This document shows, in pieces, positions 1-8,578 of a stretch of DNA of 8,578 nucleotides. A program made the position numbers and the translations under genes. The notes under the pieces are model-generated. The model was not told the DNA's origin. It did not search any database and was given only the letters and a program-made list of their open reading frames with translations. How positions within the stretch are numbered: position 1 is the stretch's first letter; each line of letters starts with the position of its first letter. Source of the DNA: Amoebophrya sp. A120 (taxonomy: Eukaryota; Protista; Dinoflagellata); contig CAJINV010000095.1 in assembly GCA_905178155.1 (NCBI GenBank), forward strand, positions 1 through 8,578, in the 5' to 3' direction.

Positions 1-1
1 C

Positions 2-464
2 AACGCTTTGGTGCCTGTCATCGGATTCAACTTCGCCAATCTGCTCTTCGTCTACCCCTTTGCCGTCAATGGGACCTATCCATTGCAAATATATTCATCT
101 GGATCAGGAAAATTAAAAGTGGAGCGTGTATTGCATGTCTTGCATTCTTGAGAACTCGACTGTGTTGCACAGCCAGAACTGTTCTCGACTGTGTTGCACA
201 GCCAGAACTTGCATTCTTGTTCTCGAAAGTCGCTCCTTTTTCGTCACGCAAGAACCACGCAGTGTGTCATGTGTGCTACGCATCAGACGGCGTGAACTGA
301 AGTTGTCATGCTTGGCTGCACTTGATGAAAGCGCCAGAGAATTGTCCATACTTTAGCATCACAAAGTTCCAGAGGATCCAGACATATTTGCAATGCATAG
401 GGTCTACTTCTTCGGCGCTGCTTGGTTTTGTCGAACCGAAGAAACCACAGCGGAAGGATGTTGA
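2..464 (+). CDS. 3' end of an upstream gene, hydrophobic/membrane protein of unknown family (exons <2-75 and 404-464)
   Basis: The frame from position 2 reads NALVPVIGFNFANLLFVYPFAVNG. Applying the same excision rule as in gmd to element 77-399 continues it as (T/V)YFFGAAWFCRTEETTAEGC* (TGA 462-464), followed by a T-run. Codons ending in C are frequent, as in the gmd exons. Family not recognised. Confidence 0.55.
77..399. mobile_element. TIR introner/MITE, family A
   Basis: TATCCATTGCAAATAT...ATATTTGCAATGCATA; degenerate TSD GGACC(72-76)/GGGTC(400-404); internal TTGTCATGC and GCATCACAA motifs. Confidence 0.8.
155..209 (+). repeat. internal duplication (26-bp exact copies, 29-bp period) within element 77-399
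   Basis: CTCGACTGTGTTGCACAGCCAGAACT at 155-180 and 184-209. Confidence 0.9.
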
Positions 465-490
465 TTCATTTTTTTTTTGCGAAATGAGTG
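414..490 (+). repeat. ~76-bp direct repeat, copy 1
   Basis: GGCGCTGCTTGGTTTTGTCGAACCGAAGAAACCACAGCGGA(AGGA)TGTTGATTCA(T)nGCGAAATGAGTG; matches 1380-1454. Confidence 0.92.
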
Positions 491-1379
491 TGGTTAACTC
501 AAAACCGCCTTAGAAAATAGTCATTTCTTAACGAATTCAGAATGAATTCAGAATTCCAGCAATTTTTCACTTTGGCTCGCTTTAGGGGCCTGAGTCCTCG
601 CGCCTGGTTATCGATCGACGGAGCATCAGCGTGCCCCTAGGTGGCTACAAAACGGGCTTCGTCGTTGCTATTGAAAGCGATTTGGGGGTCACGCGCTTGA
701 TTTCTCAAGGGCGGCGGCCTCACGTACGCCACAGCGGTAGTTACAGCCCCGCTATTGCCGTTTTTCCTGCTACATGCGTCATGCCCACGATACTGCTCTA
801 GAATGTAGCCGAGCGCGCCGCGGCTTCATACAGCGCATCGCAGCACAGGGCCAGCTTCAGAAGGCCGCCTGGGATTGTAGCGCACCCATTCGCGCCGAGG
901 CTTCCCACAGATATACACAAAGCAAGCCCTCAGCCGGTGGCGAGGTTTTCGCGCGTGAACTATTTTGCAAGACGAAATAGGGCGCGTGGAGGCCCTTCGA
1001 CTTTCCTGCTTCGGGCCGCCACTGTATAAGCGGCTTCACGCGCGAAAGACAGGGACTTTCTTAGCCTGGCAAGATTTTGCAGCGATGCAACGTCATTGCT
1101 GCCCCCAACATTATTGCCTTGGCGCTGGCGAACACTTGCCTCTGGCGAATGGGCCCTGATTCCCGGGTCATGAAAGACCGCAGGTCATAGCGAGGAACCA
1201 CCCGGGCCTGTGTTTTTTTCGAGGGAAGCGGCCCGGCGTCCAGCTAGGCCATTGAAGAAAAGGCGGGCCAGCGAGCATCTTGCGGAAGGGTCCGGCACCA
1301 ATTTCAAAATTAAGTTGGAAAAGAGTTGAAAAAAGTTGGAACAGAGATTTCAACTAGGGGAAAGCTTTCCAAGCAGGGG

Positions 1380-1454
1380 GGCGCTGCTTGGTTTTGTCGA
1401 ACCGAAGAAACCACAGCGGATGTTGATTCATTTTTTTTTTTTGCGAAATGAGTG
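1380..1454 (+). repeat. ~76-bp direct repeat, copy 2
   Basis: Same as 414-490 except for a 4-bp deletion (AGGA) and a longer T-run. Confidence 0.92.
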
Positions 1455-2558
1455 GTCCTCTGGTGCAGAGGACTCACGACGTCTAGGTTGTCTCAATGAA
1501 AGAACCTCCTAGAATGAACATGTATTTGTCGAAAGCGAGAAGTACAAACCTGGCCTATGGTTCAGAACATCAAGTAGGGAGGTGTTTATTGTTGGTCTTC
1601 AGAAATGTTTGCTACAACCACTCTTATGCACTACAATCAATGGTACGAAAAAAAAAAACGAGAAGGTCTCAAACCGCATTGCGTCGAGATGGAAGCAGTG
1701 CTTGCACAGAAGATGATGAACCGGAGGTAAAGGAGTTCATCTTCATGCTACAGAAAAATCTTGGTGTTCAGTTCATGTGGTAAAAAAAATTGGTTCTCTG
1801 CGATTCGTCACATGACGCCACCACCGGACCACGTTGAGAGAAGTAGTGTAGCTATACGTTGGAAATACCAGAATCAGAAATACTTCATTCCACGTAAGTT
1901 GTACTCTTCCTGATTCAGAATCAAACTCATTTTGTTCGAAGGCAACTTTTGCGATTTTTGCTCTCTCCAAAACCCCTTGCCCGCACAAGAACAGTTCCCA
2001 TAGTGCGAAAAACTACAACAAAGCCACATCTTCTATATGTATTCTTCCCGCCCACAGTGGAGACTAGAGCTGCTAGACACGACCGTGCATAGTGCGTAGA
2101 TACTGTAGTTGCTTGGTGTTCTCGTTGTAAAATAATCTCGTCAGGAGGTCGACAACTTTTTTCCCCATACCGCGACGTACTCAGAGTAAAAAAGGATCCT
2201 ATAACACATCAGGAGCTTCTCACGCGGCTAGGAAGAGGAATATTAACCAGAGCAGTGCCTGTTTTCGTTGTTCTTCTATCTTTGGTGGAAGGTGTGCTAG
2301 CATCGACTGGAACAAGTGAAACCGAACTTTTTAGTACTACTAGTAGGAGAAGCGTGCGTAAGTAGTCTTGTTGTTGTGTAGTCCTCCGACTTCTAGTGTA
2401 GAAGAAGGTGGTAGAAGTTGCACGAACATCAAGAACGAAAACACAGAAGAACGCAAGTTAGTAGCTGCATCACAAAAAGCGAAAATTCCGGAAGTTTGCG
2501 ACGAGCATCCTCCCGAGGTGGCTGGAAGCAACACCTGCGATCGCACCCTCTCTGACAC

Positions 2559-2812
2559 TATCAAGTGCAAATATCATTGGGTCTGGAAGAATGCAAGTTT
2601 GTCATGCTTGTCTCGCATGACTGAAGCGTTTGTCATGCGTGTCCAAGAAGATACCCTTTTACTTGTCATGCAAAACGCACTTTGTCATGCGGAAAGCGCA
2701 ACACTGAGCCGCGCAAATATTTCTCATACTTGGCTGTGCATTACAGACGAGCACTCACTATTCACAACTCAGCATTACAAGTTTCCAGACCGAGACATAT
2801 TTGCATTTGATA
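2559..2812. mobile_element. TIR introner/MITE, family A, just upstream of the gmd ATG (5' UTR or N-terminal extension)
   Basis: TATCAAGTGCAAATAT...ATATTTGCATTTGATA; perfect TSD GACAC (2554-2558/2813-2817); interior closely similar to 5879-6134. Confidence 0.9.
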
Positions 2813-2830
2813 GACACCTCCAGCCAGAAA

Positions 2831-7376
<4,546 letters not shown>

Positions 7377-7396
7377 TAGATATAAGTGGATAGAGG

Positions 7397-7545
7397 TATC
7401 CTGTGCAAAAGTATCGTACTCGTAGTAACTGCAGTCCTGCATTACAATTTTTTTTCTCAAGGTAAATCTGCATGACAGATTTTATTTCTGATGCTGAGGA
7501 AATTTGTATTGCATTTATACGAGTACGATACTTTTGCAATGCATA
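7397..7545. mobile_element. TIR element of the same class downstream of the last recognisable gmd exon
   Basis: TATCCTGTGCAAAAGTATCGTACTCGTA...TACGAGTACGATACTTTTGCAATGCATA; TSD AGAGG/AGAAG; internal GCATTACAA and GCATGACAG motifs. Confidence 0.88.
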
Positions 7546-7582
7546 AGAAGCAATAAAGATGAACAATATAAGTCCACGGCTT

Positions 7583-8578
7583 CCATGTCCGCTAAGAACA
7601 GATACAGAGTGGGAGTTTCATTCCTGGGAAGCATTTTTTCGCCTTGCGGCCTTTTGGGGTTTTTTTCGTTGGCCGTTAGTTTTTTTCAAGGGCTTTGGCA
7701 GCACTCTCCCCCCGTGATTCTTGTGCTTGGCGGCTCGGCAAGGGGGAAAATTTGCTTACACCGGCGGCAGTTTTGGCACCCCGAAAGCCATTTCCGCCAG
7801 AGCAGATACAGATCGCGAATTGCATTCCTGGAAAGCATTTTTTCGCCCTGTGGACTTTTGGGTTGTTTTTCTTCTGGCCGTGAATCTTCTCAAGGGCTTT
7901 GGCAGCACTCTCCCCCCGTGATTCTTGTGCTTGGCGGCTTGGCAAGGGGGAAAGTTTGCTTACACCTGCGGCAGTTTTGGCACCCCGAAAGCCACTTCCG
8001 CCAAAGCAGATAAAGACCGCGAATTGCATTCCTGGAAAGCATTTTTTCGCCCTGTGGACTTTTGGGTTTTTTTTTGCTGGCCGCGAATCTTCTCAAGAGC
8101 TTTGGCAGCACTCTCCCCCCGTGATTCTTGTGCTTTGCGGCTTGGCAAGGGGGAAAGTTTGCTTACACCTGCGGCAGTTTTGGCACCCCGAAAGCCATTT
8201 CCGCCAGAGCGGATACAGAGCGGGAGTTTCATTCCTGGAAAGCATTTTTTCGCCCTATGGACTTTTGGGTTTTTTTTTGCTGGCCGCGAATCTTATCAAG
8301 GGCTTTGGCAGCACTCTCCCCCCGTGATTCTTGTGCTTGGCGCCTTGGCAAGGGGGAAAGTTTGCTTACACCTGCGGCAGTTTTGGCACCCCGAAAGCCA
8401 CATCCGCCAGAGCAGATACAGATCGCGAGTTGCATTCCTGGAAAGCAGTTTTTCGCCCTGTGGACTTTTGGGTGTTTTTCTGTTGGCCGCGAATCTTCTC
8501 AAGGGCTTTGGCAGCACTCTCCGCCCGTGGTTCTTGTGCTTGGCGGCTTGGCAAGGGGGAAAATACTGCTTACACCTG
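7583..8578. repeat. tandem repeat (satellite), 203-204 bp unit, ~4.9 copies, runs off the window
   Basis: Anchor ATTCCTGG(A/G)AAGC at 7620, 7824, 8028, 8231 and 8434; units highly similar. Confidence 0.96.

Noticed and set aside
73-400. GA-AG (dinoflagellate-type) splice sites as the general explanation
   Set aside because: This fits the one element, but most others (e.g. 2856-3072, 3475-3706, 4800-5061, 6210-6389) have no frame-preserving AG acceptor.
570-580. TTTGGCTC resembling part of the dinoflagellate spliced leader
   Set aside because: Only about 8 nt match, which is expected by chance.
1324-1357. Helitron 3' end (hairpin plus CTAG)
   Set aside because: The hairpin is AT-rich and overlaps the CTAG, the next base is not T, and Helitrons do not make long target duplications.
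1496-1783. 95-aa ORF with a partly coding-looking 3' half
   Set aside because: No recognisable homology and no supportable exon boundaries.
2148-2502. Possible additional element GTCGACAAC...GTTTGCGAC upstream of gmd
   Set aside because: The inverted match is weak, and it lacks TAT/ATA ends and a 5-bp TSD.
7504-8554. Multiple repetitive ORFs on both strands
   Set aside because: These are by-products of the 203-204 bp tandem repeat; the 203-bp units break the frame.

Overview
Eukaryotic (protist-like) genomic DNA. The supplied ORF track is mostly artefact. The main content is a + strand GDP-mannose 4,6-dehydratase gene (gmd/GMDS) broken into 15 small coding exons (2831-7376). Two of its 14 internal interruptions are ordinary GT-AG introns. 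The other 12 are 180-292 bp MITE-like elements with terminal inverted repeats ending TAT[C/G]...[C/G]ATA, flanked by a 5-bp direct repeat (TSD) of exon sequence. Removing each element plus one repeat copy restores an uninterrupted 323-aa frame with the family motifs, although almost none of these junctions offers a GT/GC-AG pair. Three more such elements lie at 77-399, 2559-2812 and 7397-7545 (15 in total). They fall into several TIR families, share an internal TTGT(C/G/A)ATGC motif, and one family occurs in both orientations. This suggests structure-defined, transposon-derived non-canonical introns (introners, reminiscent of those reported in the parasitic dinoflagellate Amoebophrya) or precise DNA-level excision. 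Also present: the probable 3' end of an upstream membrane-protein gene, a ~76-bp direct repeat enclosing ~0.9 kb of unknown DNA, and a 203-204 bp tandem repeat from ~7583 to the window end. All coordinates were read by eye.
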